From: the human T2T-CHM13v2.0 reference genome, Homo sapiens
Assembly: GCF_009914755.1 (NCBI RefSeq)
Contig: NC_060935.1
Length of the DNA stretch: 64,000 bases
Direction: 5' to 3' (one strand)
The notes under the pieces are model-generated. The model saw nothing but the letters and a program-made list of their open reading frames with translations. It had not been told where the DNA came from and did no database searches. Position 1 is the first letter of the stretch. Every line of letters starts with the position of its first letter. The translations under genes and the position numbers were made by a program. Shown here in pieces: positions 13,198 to 26,898 of this stretch.

Positions 13198-13307
13198 ATA
13201 AGAGGTTCCAGAGACCTGGGTTTTATGAAGATGGCAATGGGATAGAGCTGGGCAACTTGTAACCGCTTGATAGCATTTCCTGATACATCAAGTATACAGT
13301 GTTTGCC
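13198..13307 (-). CDS. DLG2: DLG2 GK-domain exon: [36 protein letters not shown](M)
   Basis: Absent from the ORF track; found by reading the minus strand. Acceptor ctctttctaccag|GGC, donor AT|gtgagt; 110 nt. Confidence 0.97.
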
Positions 13308-13956
13308 CTGGTAGAAAGAGAAGAAAAATATGAAGTTAATATAGGAAGCATGGCCATAATCCAACAAAAGGAAACTAATGTATGTAGGTTTTAGAGGAAG
13401 GTAGGGGATGCTGGATTTCTAAAGTCAGAAAAAGATCACTGCAAAGAGTAAATAAAAATCGATATATAGGGTCATCATTGAGTGTTTACAATAACTAATA
13501 CTAACTAGCCCCTTACAAAGTGTCTGCTACTGGACTGGACATTTTACATATGTTCTCTCAGTTAAATACCTGATGTAACACACAAAGATGACATGCAGCT
13601 GTATGTTATGTGACTGAGTCTGTTCTCATGAAGTTTAAAAACCATCTCTGAACACAATTGTCAGAAGAAATTCCCAAATCTCTGAGGTAGGTATTATCAG
13701 CTGCATTTTACAGAAGACTCACACTAACTAACTTGCCCAATAGTTTAGTGCTAGGAGCATGCAAACCCAAGTCTGGAGCACTAACAGAATTGTTGGTTGG
13801 AAAAAATAGACACCTCATTGTCTCACCCTGCCCAACATTCGGTGTGGAAGATTGAGAATAATGTGAATTTTTCCAAGTACTTGTACATATCCTGTCTGCA
13901 AGGTACTCAGTCTAGTGGAGGGCAGACACAAAAATGGTTAACTTAAACATATGGTT

Positions 13957-14253
<297 letters not shown>

Positions 14254-14255
14254 AG

Positions 14256-14313
<58 letters not shown>

Positions 14314-14352
14314 TATAAAATATATAATTAAAACATATATATATATATATAT
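14256..14352. repeat. (TA)n(CA)n compound microsatellite
   Basis: Directly visible dinucleotide runs after the Alu tail. Confidence 0.95.
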
Positions 14353-15690
14353 AAATTAAATGCGGGTTAAATGCCAAGAGAGAAAGGCTTGCATGAGGTA
14401 TGTAAATTTCTTGTTTGTTAACAAATAAAAATGCTATTACATTATAGCACACCTCATTTAACTTGGCTTCCACCACAATGAGTGCTCAGAGCAAGCAGCT
14501 GCTTTATAAAGCATTTCTGGATATGCAGATACATTTGCCACATCATATTCTACCTCCTGGAGAGAAATGTCCTCATTACCCTGAGGCTAGAATAACTTTA
14601 TGCAAGAAGAGAAAAAAGGCACTTTATGCAGATAGGAACAATCCTAAATCAATAATAAGGGCTAAAATCTCATCTATAATGTTCACATGAAAATGAATAC
14701 AGTCCAGTGAATACTTGAAGTCTTCTTATCTGAGAAACCCACTAAGATGGTTCAAGCCGTTATTACTTAGGTAATAGATTTCAAGTTTTCTATCTGTGAA
14801 GTGCAGCAGCCACATAACATGTATAAATGCTGGTTGATTATTCACCAGTCAGAACATTTCAAGTTAACAACATGAACAAAGAGGAAAATAGGTGCAATTA
14901 TCCAGGACAGTTTGACTAGAACCAGTATTCATTTAGTTGATAGAACTGAACTTTTGAGAGGGAGGAAAATAGATGCAACTTCTTAGTGTATTCTTAGATA
15001 GACATCAAAATTACTTAATTCTTTAGCGGTACATTGAGAAAGGTCATGGCAAATCAAATCAACCCAACAAATATCTTCTCCTATGATACTGGTTCTCTGT
15101 GTTCACAGGAAATAGGATCCCTCTGTAGGCAGATTGTATAGCCACACCCAGGTGCCTTCCTGTGGTACCCTCTCTTGAACATTCTTCTCTTTTCCATGCC
15201 CCTGAAGTTACCAGCAAAAAGATAATAGCAGCATCTACACCTCCTCTAAGCTAGAACTTCTGCGAGCAAAAGGCTGGGCAGCCCTTCTCATCTATCTTCT
15301 CTTCTACCATGAGGATGTCAAGTTTTCAGAGAGAGAGAAAAAAAATAACTTCCTCTAACAAAATAATTCAGGAATGCTATCCCCTTGGTTTACAACTAAA
15401 GTAGTAAACCTGCCTTAATAAAATCAAGGTTGTGTATTGGGGCCTCAGATAGTGAGTCAAAGACAAAGCCCTCTTCCTACTTTTTCCAAGTCAGTGAGAA
15501 TACTTTATTGAAATTAGAACAAAGATTAATGACATTGCTCTAAGGTGATTCTCTGCTTGGATGTTTTAAATTATTAAATCAAAATTTACAATTGCAATCA
15601 AGAAAGAGTAATGACCAAAAAAAAAAAAAAATGCAGTTTGCAACCTAGAAACCTTCTTCAGGGGAGGTGTAAGAAGATTGGTGAACATAC

Positions 15691-15863
15691 TCTTTCTGCT
15701 ACAAATCTCACAGACTGCACACTGGTTCCATATAAATTGTCATTGTACTGGCCGGCTTCTATAAACTTGTGCTCTTGGATATCTTTCTCCATTTGTTCTC
15801 TGGAAATGACAAAGTGATAGTCTCTGCCATCCACCTCGTAGTCTCGCTTTGGCCTCGTAGTAT
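15691..15863 (-). CDS. DLG2: DLG2 GK-domain exon: (H)[57 protein letters not shown]
   Basis: Acceptor tttttgttttataaag|AT, donor AGA|gtatgt; 173 nt. Contains the guanylate-kinase-family TTRPKRxxExDGxDYxF signature. Confidence 0.98.
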
Positions 15864-15974
15864 CTTTATAAAACAAAAAATGATAAAATTAAGGTGCATT
15901 TATACCCATAAACTTGCTTTACACCTATATTCTCCACCACATCCTCAACATTGATATGTAGAAATATGCAGTAT

Positions 15975-16960
15975 GAAGAAATATGACATAGTAACAGGTA
16001 CTAGTCTTACCCTCCCACCATAAGCAACTAAAAAACTGGACAAAATATATGAAACAACTGTTTTCAGATATCAGACAACAGGAAGTACAGGGCTGTAATC
16101 TTTGAGAAAAGAGAAACATATGAGAGAGCATTCACCCCACCTCTCTACCTAGAGGCCATTTCCAAATGGAGAATTTAGACATCACATGGTGCTAGAAGAC
16201 ACGGGAGTTGAGTCAGAACCCATGGAGATCCCAGAAAGGCCACATTTTAAAAGGTTACTCTAGACTTACTCTACACCCATCTTCACAAAGTCTAAAACCA
16301 TGTCACAAATGGAAGAAGCTGCTGTGTCAGTAAATTATCACCTGTCAGAACAAAAACTTAACATTCTATAAAGGACCATAAAATTCAGACTCTCAACATA
16401 TATAAAATAAGATAATCACAGTTAGATAGGACTAAAAATCAGCAACTCTAACCATTTCACCTAAATTTTTTGGTAAGAAGAGAAGGGGAAAGCAATCTAG
16501 CAATATGAATAAAAGCTGTTAAAATATTTTTAATCTTTGACTCACTTATTTTTTCCTAGAAATATGTTTTTAAAAATGATCAAAACTTCAGATACAGATT
16601 TATCCTTAAATATATTCATTATATTATTTTATAAGTAATAATTATAACACAATTACGATGATATTTTTGTCACAATTCATAATAGTGAAAAATAGGGAAA
16701 AACCAAAATGTTCATAAAGAATGATTAATTGGGATATAATAATCATTTGAAATAGTTATATAAAATTTTAAATAAGCAAAAAAATCATCACAGAGAAAAA
16801 ATGCATGCATAGAAAGAATAGATGGAAATGTACAAAAATATTAACAATGATGTTATCTCTGGGTATTGTGTGGGATTTTGTATACTTCTAATTTTCTCGT
16901 TTAACTTTCTTTTTAGTGTTTTTGAAGTTTTGTACAATGAACATCTATTGACTATCACAA
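15975..16960 (+). mobile_element. Highly diverged old L1 (L1M/L1ME-like) fragments
   Basis: A-rich sequence with L1M-like motifs (aaaactggacaaaatatatgaaacaactgttttcagat; aaaatattaacaatgatgttatctctggg). Boundaries uncertain. Confidence 0.45.
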
Positions 16961-18115
16961 AATGGTTCTATTAATTCAAAAAAGAGAGAATATGCAAGGT
17001 GAAAGGGAAAGCAGAAAGAATGCTTAAGTACCTTCTGTTTTCTTTCTCTCAAAAGTGGAGGAGCAAGCTGGAAGCTTGCTGTAAACGACCTGGAGTTTCA
17101 TTTGCTCCTTCCTGTCTGAAGACTTTCTCAGGATATGTTCTATGGCAGGATCTCTTCCCAGAGCCCTTGCTGGGAATTGTTTCATGAGATACAGCAATCA
17201 TCCTAGTCTTTTGGCCATGTACTGGACACATACAATTCCTGCTATTCTTAAGTATCTCATGTAAAATTTGCAGTACTGGAATGTTAGAGACACTTGAAAG
17301 CATCAGGCTTAAAACACATAGAATGGAAGAGAAATATTTGTTGGTATCAGATGTAAGAGCTCCATTATCTAATAAATTAAAATTTCCTGATGGACCTGTC
17401 TACATACGTAGAAGGTCTGCATGCATTTCTGTTTGACAGAGTCGGGGTGTAGACGGGGTGAATGAGTGGAGAAAGTATGGTAGGGGTGGGGAGGGGAAGA
17501 GGCAGAGCAGTTAGAATCTAATAAGGCTACAATCAGAGGGACCAGAAGCCTGATGATAATCTATAATGAGAAGAAAGTAGTTTAAAGTCTGTAATGGCCT
17601 AGAGGTCAAATTGAAGTGTTACACATTTTCTTGTCTTCACCCTCCCTAAACCTGGGACTGTCAACATGGGAAAGCCTATTGGGTTTTGGGATTGACATAT
17701 GGCCCTAAGTCATCCTGAGAGGATTTTAATATATGGCTTTGTTTCCGATCTCTTCCATCCTATAAAAAATAATGTTTCAGTGGCATTTTGATCAATCTAT
17801 GAAAACATACTGATGCCTATCATAAATCCTATGCTGTTTTAAATGGTTGGGGGCCACAAAAATTCATCCTGCCTTTTAAGGGGCTACAATCAGTTTAGAG
17901 AAAACATTATTATTTTTATTAAATACAGAATGACACACGGCAGCATAAATGAAAAGTGTTAGGCAAATAAATTAAATAAGGCACTCAGCTAATCGGAAAT
18001 GGTTGGTATTTGAATTACTGGAGAGACTACTGGAGGATGGAATTACATTTTACCATCTCATAAAGAAATCCAAGCTCTTTTTGTTTTTCCTAGAGGAAAG
18101 AAAAATGACACTTAC

Positions 18116-18217
18116 GAGGCACACAGGAGCCAAATTTATCAGGGAATTCAGATATCAAGTCGTCATTGATCCGATCCTTCATGGGCCCCAGGATAATCAC
18201 CGGCCGGGTGTAGTTTA
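18116..18217 (-). CDS. DLG2: DLG2 exon, start of GK domain: (I)[33 protein letters not shown]
   Basis: Acceptor ttcctttcccattctgcag|TA, donor C|gtaagt; 102 nt. Confidence 0.98.
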
Positions 18218-19216
18218 CTGCAGAATGGGAAAGGAAGATGTAGGTAAAGAGAAAGAGTTGGAAACAACTGCAAAACTGTCCTGCAAGGGTGATTCTTAAT
18301 TGCCAGACAGTAAGAGATGCTAAGGGCATTACTTCACTGGATAAATTACTCATACAGCCTTGCATAGGGAAATTGATGTTTAACACTCAGGAGATTGGCA
18401 GTGCCTACTTTCTGGAATCTACTAGCAGGGAAAGGCAATTGCAGTATCTGTCGATGAAAAGAAACATTTGGAGGAGTTTTGCTTACTCTCTGGCTCTGCC
18501 TACATAATGTCAAAACAACTGAATTTAGTCAACTGAGTGGGAGAAAAAAGAATCCAAACCAGCTGTTTGGCTATTGTTTAGATATGACTATAAAAAGTAA
18601 TTGTTAGTAGTAATAACATCTTATGTTTTCATGATTTCTTTTCCCCAGATCAAAATACTCTCTATACTTTGCTACGGTTTCTAGATTTCCTTGTATCTGG
18701 GATTAGAAGGAACCTGAGAGTTCATTGGGTACAAGTCCCCATCTGATGCTTGAATTCTCTCTGCAGTATCCTTGTCAGTAGCAATTAGCCTCTGTATAAA
18801 TGCCTCCAGGAAAAAGCAGCAGCTTACAGATAGCCTACATCTTAGGCAGATCTGCTAGAAAGTCATTCTCAATACTGAGCTGACATCAGTCTCTCAGGAG
18901 AATTTATTCACCAGTCTCGTAGCTAGTGCTCTTTAGGTAATTTGAATGTGTTCCTTCCCATTGAGGACCACTCATCTGGAGGGCTGCATCCTTCTCTTAG
19001 GTGCTATTAGTGCCCATACTCAGCAGGAAGTTGTCTGTTTGGTGATAGGGTCAAAGAGAGAGAAAGTGAGAGACAGCGTAAGAGTAAGGTACGGTCTCAA
19101 GACAACAGAGCATTAAGCCGAGTTTATTCTCCTTAGTCCTTCACTCTTTCCCTCCTTCAATGATGTCACCTCTTATGGCCCAGAAATTAGGAATGAAAGC
19201 GTGCTGGGAAACTTAC

Positions 19217-19267
19217 TTTCCTGCCTTGTAACAGGCTCATAGGAAAGAATGAGGTCTTCTTGTCCTC
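19217..19267 (-). CDS. DLG2: DLG2 exon, end of HOOK region: (R)GQEDLILSYEPVTRQE
   Basis: Absent from the ORF track. Acceptor ttttctttccttctcttctcag|GA, donor A|gtaagt; 51 nt; conserved DLG LSYEPV motif. Confidence 0.97.
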
Positions 19268-21864
19268 CTGAGAAGAGAAGGAAAGAAAACCACAGTGAAC
19301 TAACAGTCATATATTACAGAGACAAGCCCTGCTCTGAAACACAGGAAACAGACACAGCTCAGAGTTAATTCTCCTTGCTCTTTCTCCTTGAACCATTCAA
19401 AAATAACTTCATCCTCATAAAACTCTTTAGCACCATTTTAGTATCAGATTTTCACAGTCATAACTCTAAGTAATAACTGGTTGCTAGCTATTTGCTGCAG
19501 GGCAATGACCTGTGAGACTTCTTTCTGTCTGGCATTGAGAATGGAATGCCATGGCCTCTACACCAAGCATTACTACTTAAAAGGAAGCCATTTAGTTCAA
19601 GGAAAGGGTCCAATTCAATAGATGGCTGCTACATAATCAGAATTGCTGTACCTTTTATTTCATCTTCTATTTTATTTCCCCAAGAAGCACACTGTTCAAA
19701 AGCAAGTATATGCTTATTTCATTTATGATATAAAAACTTCATCAGGACACTCAGGGTTTTACTCTAATATTAATTCGTCAGGAAAATGCTGTGGGTCAAT
19801 TAATGAAGATCAAAAATTGAGGTGTGTCCTACATCATTGGTTATAATTGCTGCTAAACTGTGCGTTGAAACTTCAGATAGAGAACTAAGGAAGACACAGT
19901 AGTAAAATGTCAGCCCCTCCAATGTCATTTGCTACAAGCCTTCTGACTCAGGGTGGACCTCAAGTCAACAAATAACCATAGAAAGTAAATTGGTTTTTGC
20001 CATTTATTTTTTCAATCATCTATTTTATATAATTGATGAATTAATTGGTCAGAGGATTAGCTCAATTTCACCTGCAAACCCGGAAGTGTCTGCATTTTTT
20101 TTTGCATTGACTAACCTTTGGAACAGCAATAGGTTAGGGCTGTTGAAAAGAACTTTCTGTCTACTAGAAGAAATAGTGGAGCAGAAGTGGAATATGAGGT
20201 AACTTCTGAAACCAAAGGGCAATTCACCTTTGCTGTATATCCTCACCACCCACCCCTGAAGCACATTCATAGTCTATCAATGCCAGGTTTTCCTCCTTCA
20301 ACAGCCACAGCACCACAGAAAGAGAGGTAATTTCATAAGAAGAGTTAATATGATCGACTGTTTTGATAATGAGACTGATTTGGGGAAATTGAGCAATATG
20401 TGGGTATAGCTGCGAAGTTGGATGACTTCCTTGGAGGCTGGGTAGCTGGAATGGGATGGGGATAGGAGTGTCTTACTTTTTCAAGTGTGAGAAATGGCCT
20501 CAGGCTGAAGTCATATCTTATCTCAGTCCCAAGGAGGGCCTGGGCTCAGAATGGCGCCACCATGCCAAGCTACTTCTTAAGGGTACAGAGAGTGGACCTT
20601 GATGCTCCTCCTAAGTGGTATGTACCCATGGCCACCCCAGAAGTGTTCAGGGGACTCTGCCACATTGGTCAGGGGTTTGGTCAGTGAGGAGTCAGATTCA
20701 CTATTTCTTGTACTCAGGAAAAGAATGATTCCCTTTGAATAAACTACTGAAATGTACAGAGCCTAGGCCAAAAAACATGAAGGTGATTGATTACTAACCC
20801 CCAGTTATCTAAAGCCTGAGCGATGTAGAGGGTATACGCATTCAAGGTTTTAGTTTAGTATTACTTCATCAGGAAAATGCTGTGGGTCAATTAAAGAAGT
20901 GTAAAAATTCTTGGGGAGAAAGTATAGTTTTAATGATAGAAGCATCGTAGACTAACATTGCAATTTTAGACTATAACTTTACAGGGGAAATCTTCAACAA
21001 TTAATGTGCAAGGGAAGAATTCTGACCATGGGATAACAAAAGCTTTAAATGTCAGGTAACTCTTGGACCTCCTTATTAGGCTGGGAGTTTCATAAAGGCG
21101 AGAACTGAGTTTTATTCATCACCATGTCTCCAGTGCCCCATTGAGTGCTTAACACAAAGAAAGATGTCAACAAATTTGCATTCTGATTTCAGTCATGGGA
21201 AACAGGATGAGTGATGAGGCCAACGGTAGGTTCTATTTTGTGTTTCTGTCAATATGGTCATTTAACTTTGGAAAGCATCGTTTTCTCTAAATAAATAGAG
21301 CACATCACGTTCCCATAAAAATCTCTTCCCAATGGCTTTGCAAATCATTCTGATGGAACGTTCTAAAGGCAAATCTTTAATAAGATATTTGATGTCAGTG
21401 TGTATGATTGCGATTCAGACAACTAGGGCAAAGCATAGCTTTGATTAATTTTGTTCAAGAGTTCTCTATCTCTGTCTATCCATCACTTCTTGGTTTACTT
21501 TTCTATGAAAGGCACTGGTTCTGGTTCTGGTTCAGAGCAGTAGTGTTGGTAGACAGCAATGGCAGCATCCCTTATGTCCGGGCCACCCCAATTCTCAAGA
21601 CCTTGTGGCAATCAGGTACTGTGTAATACCCAGGAAGCCTGTGGGGAAACCCGTGGAGGTGGGCATGACATAATTGCTGTGAATTCAGCATCTTAAACTA
21701 ATTTTTACTTCCATGTCCAAGAATGAAAAGCCCTATGGGTAATGAGGAAGAGACAAAGGGAAAGAGAAAAAGCCACTGTGATGAAGGAGAGAAAATTCAT
21801 GTCTTTGTGGCACTTTGCGGGCCTTGAGGGGCTTTCATACCCACTGGCTTTTATGTCTCACAGG

Positions 21865-22020
21865 CATTGCTTGAGGTAGGTACTCTGATGATCCCCATTT
21901 TACAGATGAAGAAGCTGAGGCTCAGAGATGTTAATGAGCCCTGATTCCTCAGCTAGTAAGTAGTGGAGTCAAGATTTAATACTGCACCTTTTTCAACTCT
22001 TGTGGAGTATATTGCACTGT
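21865..22020 (-). mobile_element. MIR SINE fragment
   Basis: atccccattttacagatgaagaagctgaggctcagaga is the reverse-complement MIR core. Confidence 0.7.
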
Positions 22021-23214
22021 CTTGAAACAGTGAGAGAAGCAGAATTCTCTGTGGGGCAGGGTGGGTGGGTGTTGAGGTAAAGCTAACAAATGAAGAAAAA
22101 ATTGAAGAGAGAGATAGGGGCTGAAACCAGGTCGGGGTTATTAAGAGGCCATCAGATACTCTGCCTCTAAACACAAGTTCTCTCTCTTTTCTTTTCTCTC
22201 TTCTTTTTTTCTTTTCTTTTCTCTCTCTTTCTTTCTTTGTTTCTTTTTCTTTTGCTGTTGTGTCATCCCCATAAAATAGTCATCCTTAAGAGTTTTTCTA
22301 TTTTCTGCTCAGGAGGGGTTGGCACTTCAAAATAACAGCTGACAAAAAGGTACAAACTATTTCTTGGTTTTGTTTTGGCAACTGTATGGCTGAAAGTGGG
22401 AGAGCAGCACAGAGCTGTGTGTGGATGTCAGCAGCTGCCAGAGACTTCGCAGAGGGTTTTGTCACAGTCGCCACAAAACACTATGTGTTTAAACTGGAAG
22501 CCAGTCACAATGAGAGACCCTAGTAACCTTTATGCTAGAGAAAAGCAAATTGCCGTTCTTTAGGAATTCCTGGAAACTAGAAAACAGAGATGATGGAGTT
22601 GAAGACCAGTGGCAGTACGTTTAATGCTCAAAATTTTGTTTTTAGTGCCTGCATATGATGATTTTTAAGAACTAATTAGGTTCTTAGAGTCATAGAATGC
22701 TAGTGCTAAGAAAGGGCTTAGGGTTCATGTGCTTCATAGATGGCAAGTACATACCACACACTATTACTCTCTGTGATCTTGACAGGCATCACAAACTGAT
22801 CATTGCCGGGATTACTGCTGAGCCTCAACATGGCCTTAGAATACTTTTCATTACAACTCTTCAGGCAGCTACTGCCAATTGGTTCGAGTTTGAACCTTGA
22901 TTAAAATTTATTTGCCATTTCTATTCTAATTCAAGCTACTCATTTTACATAGGAGAGAACTGAGTCTCAAAGACTTTAAGTAATTTGTTTAAGGTCATAT
23001 AGTAAATTCATGGCAAATTGTCTCCATAGGATGTTCAGAAGATGAACTTAATATACGTACAGTCCTTAAAATCAGACTTGGTGCATAATGTTATATAAAT
23101 GTTGTTGTTTGTATTAACTTTATAGGTAGTATGAAATGGTTGAAAGTTACTAGGTAAAATGTCAGGCTTGGATTACAAACTACAGGGAAGAGTGAAAAAT
23201 GAATGGGATTCAGA

Positions 23215-23400
23215 ATTAAGAGGTCTTGGTTGGATTTGCAGTGCCACTACTTTAATAAGGCAGGCAGCCTCTTGGAGCTTCGGCTTCCTCATATGGAAAT
23301 GGGGCTATTAATGTAAAACATGTCTAATAAATAGTATTGTTGCAGAAATTAAATGAGATAATAGATGTAATGAAAAACTGCTTTATAAAGACTAAAGGAG
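23215..23400 (+). mobile_element. MIR SINE fragment
   Basis: Degenerate MIR core (cttcggcttcctcatatggaaatgggg...attaaatgagataata). Confidence 0.55.
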
Positions 23401-26400
23401 TAAAGACATCTAAGGGCAATAGTTGAGAATAATAGAGTAAGGTGAAGAATATGCACCATTTTGACTGACTCCAGTGGAGAAGTTTTGGGTCTCCTGATCT
23501 CAACACGTTAGTTTCACTCAGATTAGTTCTTCAAGATCCTTGTTTTGAAAATCCTACTTAACTGGTGAGCACTAATGGGTTGGAAGGATAATTATCAGCT
23601 TGCACACATCCATGATGATGTAAAGAGCTTTACTGAGCTTTGAGGAAGGCATGTCTTCAGCTTTAGAAGCTTGCATAGTCCTCAATATACTTGCCTAGTA
23701 TTTACCACCTCCTAATACATGGGTGACTGTAAGGTATTATACAGAACAGCCAAAAATACAAGGCTGAATTTTACTACTTTATTGACATAAATCTAGAATT
23801 AGCCTATAATTAAGATAGTTTTGAGGTGGTGTTTTGCACAATTAGACAATGTACACTTTATCAGCTGCAATTTTAGCTGGTGCTAAAGATAGTTGGAAAA
23901 CCTATTTTATAATGCTTGAGATGATGCAGCAAAGATCTGAACTATTTATTAGAAATTGATGTTTGTGTGTATCTATGTGTGTGTGGCCTACCTCAGGAAA
24001 CATGTAAGACTTTGAAGTAAGGTTGCCACGATGTGTAACTCCAGGATACAGTGTGAATGGTGTACTCCAGACTGTGAAACACAATGGATTGTGAAACACA
24101 AGGGCCTAGGTCTTTGTTTCTAACTCTGAATTATTACAATTATTTAGCCATTTTGTTCCCAGAGTGGATATGGAATGGTAAAGTATAACAGTGAAATACA
24201 ACACCTGGATATTGGTGAAAAGAGGGGTTTTTTTTTTGTATTTGTTTATACTATTTTTAGTCATAATTACAGCAAAAGCCAGGAATTCACTAGAAAAATG
24301 CAGCCTATTTTGACTTCAAAGTTGGTACCTCCTGGAAAATATATTTGTTCCAAACCTGTGTGTCTTTTTTCATGGCAGTGCTCTTTCTGGGAAGTTCCTT
24401 CCTCATCTTGCCTAGCTAGCAAGTTCCTCATCTTTCCAAAGCTCAGCTCAAAGCTACTTCCTCTCTGAAACTACCTCTTATGCTCCCACTATTCTTGAGC
24501 CAGACATCAATCTATCTTAGTACCTGTCACACTTTGTGCACTTTTTCATTTATTTATATCTCTCTCCTACTATTATGTGTGCTGAGATCTAGAGTTAGTT
24601 GATATTCACAATGGGTCTCATGGTATCCAAGAAGAGGACCTCATGTATAGTAGGTACCGAATGAATAAATAAACATTCCTCTGGAATTCTTCATATTTCC
24701 ATTCTGGAGGAATACATGTCATTTTTCTCCTCTGAGCTGTGATAAAGACTCTTCTTACTTTTGTTCATTTGTAAAGAAAACAAACTGAGTGGCTGGCCTT
24801 CTGTAACCTTGGATGAGACTCAAGCCAATAGAGATAATTAGATTCCATATTTGCCCTACTAATGTCATAGAATCCAGTTCCAACTCTTCTCTCTTCTCAT
24901 AGATAATTTGAGATGCCTGCAAGTGTTTCCTTTATTCATTCAATAAACATTTATGTGCAACTAGTATTTAGAGTAAAAATAATTATTGATGTCATCTTAG
25001 AACATCACTCTAAAAATCTGCCAAGTAGTTGAAAGTCTTGGGCCAGTTTTTATAACTTAATAATTCTGGGAAAAATATTCCCACCTCTGAAACAGAGAAG
25101 AGAAGCCTTTAAAATACTCTATAAAAATGTGATTTTTATAAGAAAAGGTAGTTCTTGTATAGTATATATTTTCCATTAAAAGAACTGAAAGATAAAGCAT
25201 GATGCTTTCTTTTTCGATACCTGTGTCTACTGGATGGAAGCACAACACTTGAAAATTGAAAACTGAACATCAAGGAAACTAGTGTCATTGGTCTTCCTGG
25301 AACCCAGAAAATAAGTTATATTTTTCTACGTACTAAATTGAGGGCAGCTTAGGTGTTATTAACACAAGCTTTGGTCAATTCTTCTTGGCTTAGTTTCTTG
25401 GTTTAAAATAAAATGAAAAAGGGGAGAGGCAAATTTTTTTTCTGAAATTAGGATAATAATAAAATTATAAAAGTATAAAGAATGTAAAAATGTTGACATG
25501 TTACCGTGTTGATAACAAGAACCTTCTGAATTCTTCCATCAACAAGAATTGATGGAATTTCTTCTATCAATCAATCAATAAAACTTTCATCAATAAGAAA
25601 ATTAGGTGGTTCCTATATCAATCTAACGTTTGATTGACCAAGGGTATCTCATTACAATTTTCTTCATTTTATTCCTTGGTCTACATCTTCCTTCTCTGAG
25701 CCTACCTCCATCTGCCATCTTTCCACTTTTGTGCTGCTGCTCCTACTTGCCACCCCTCTGATTTTCCAAAGCCTTTCTTAAAAATCCAAATTATGTGTTG
25801 TACCACTATTTGGCCTTCCACCTCAAAAAGGCATGGTTTTGTAAAGTACCATGCTATAACGGGGGGGGAAAACCTCAAACAATTCTAGTTTTCAATTAAT
25901 ACAATACTCATTCAAACAAAAGACAACACCAATTTCTGCCTTAGCATCTGTGGGTCACAGGTATTAGGCGTGCTTTTTGGGTAACCCATTTCACTAAGGA
26001 ATATAAATTAATCTCATAGAAATCATAAGAATCCTAGTAAAAATATGTATCTATGTTAGTCACCAAAAACCAGTAAGTAAGTAGGTGGTAAAAAACCATG
26101 AGGACTGATCAAAAGGATGTGATTGGTGTTTGGTGGATAGTTTCATACACTAAGCAAATGGCTTGAGGTGACCAAACAAAGACCAGAAATAACTTTTAAA
26201 TAGTTACCTACCTTTTCAGCTAAGTTTTCTGATCTAAGAAGACTTGGTCACATTTAAAAAAATTAAGTTCCTTCAACATTAGAGGATGAAACTCTTCCAT
26301 CAGTTCCCCAATTATCAAAAAAGTAAAGTTAGAAATGTCATAGTATCCTATCTTAAAAGATTAATCAAAGAGAAAGTGATGTAAAAGATTCAAACCTGAT

Positions 26401-26856
26401 TTTAAAGGAACACTTTATTTATAAATGCTTTTCCTATAAAGGGGAGCCAAGAACAGAAAGGAAATGGCAAAATAAGAAGGAAAACAATACCATGATGATT
26501 TTCCACCTCCTGCTGAGAGTTTCAATTATTTTGGGGGTTACAATGTAAAAATCCACCACGTTGAACTTTTTACACACCTTCTCTGTGAGAATTGAATCAC
26601 TGAGTCACAACCAACTGAGGTTGGAATTGTTTATTAGCAAGACCACTACTACTTGCACAAATCACATAAGGGTGCACTGATGGCTCTAGTGTCTTTTTTA
26701 TCTTTCCACATCCAGTGATTTCATTTCAAGCCATTTGCTTTGAATACAGATGATAAAAGGTAGCAATTGAAAAACAACAACAGAAATCTGAAATGACCAC
26801 CACAGGCAATGGGGCAATTGCAAAGAAAATAACCGCAAACCAAAGCAGTAACTTAC

Positions 26857-26898
26857 GGTAGCTACTTTCGCTATCGCTGGCATTAGAAGAAACATGTT
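26857..26898 (-). CDS. DLG2: DLG2 alternative HOOK cassette exon (I5-like): (Q/K)HVSSNASDSESSY
   Basis: Acceptor gctgtgctgttcttgcag|AA, donor C|gtaagt; 42 nt, frame-preserving (phase 1-1). Near-identical to the DLG1 I5 insert HVTSNASDSESSY. Confidence 0.92.

Noticed and set aside
20308-20322. Second RE1-like sequence CAGCACC-ac-AGAAAG
   Set aside because: The right half-site has two mismatches at key positions; within chance expectation.
25534-25557. Perfect 9-bp hairpin ttccatcaa-caagaa-ttgatggaa beside ATCA repeats
   Set aside because: Short AT-rich stem in low-complexity sequence; too small for a pre-miRNA and without MITE-like termini or TSD.
26206-26235. Possible 22-nt micro-exon (ttag|ATCAG...AAAG|gtaggt) downstream of the I5-like exon
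   Set aside because: The donor is good but the pyrimidine tract is poor, the length is not a multiple of 3 and there is an in-frame stop. No supporting evidence.
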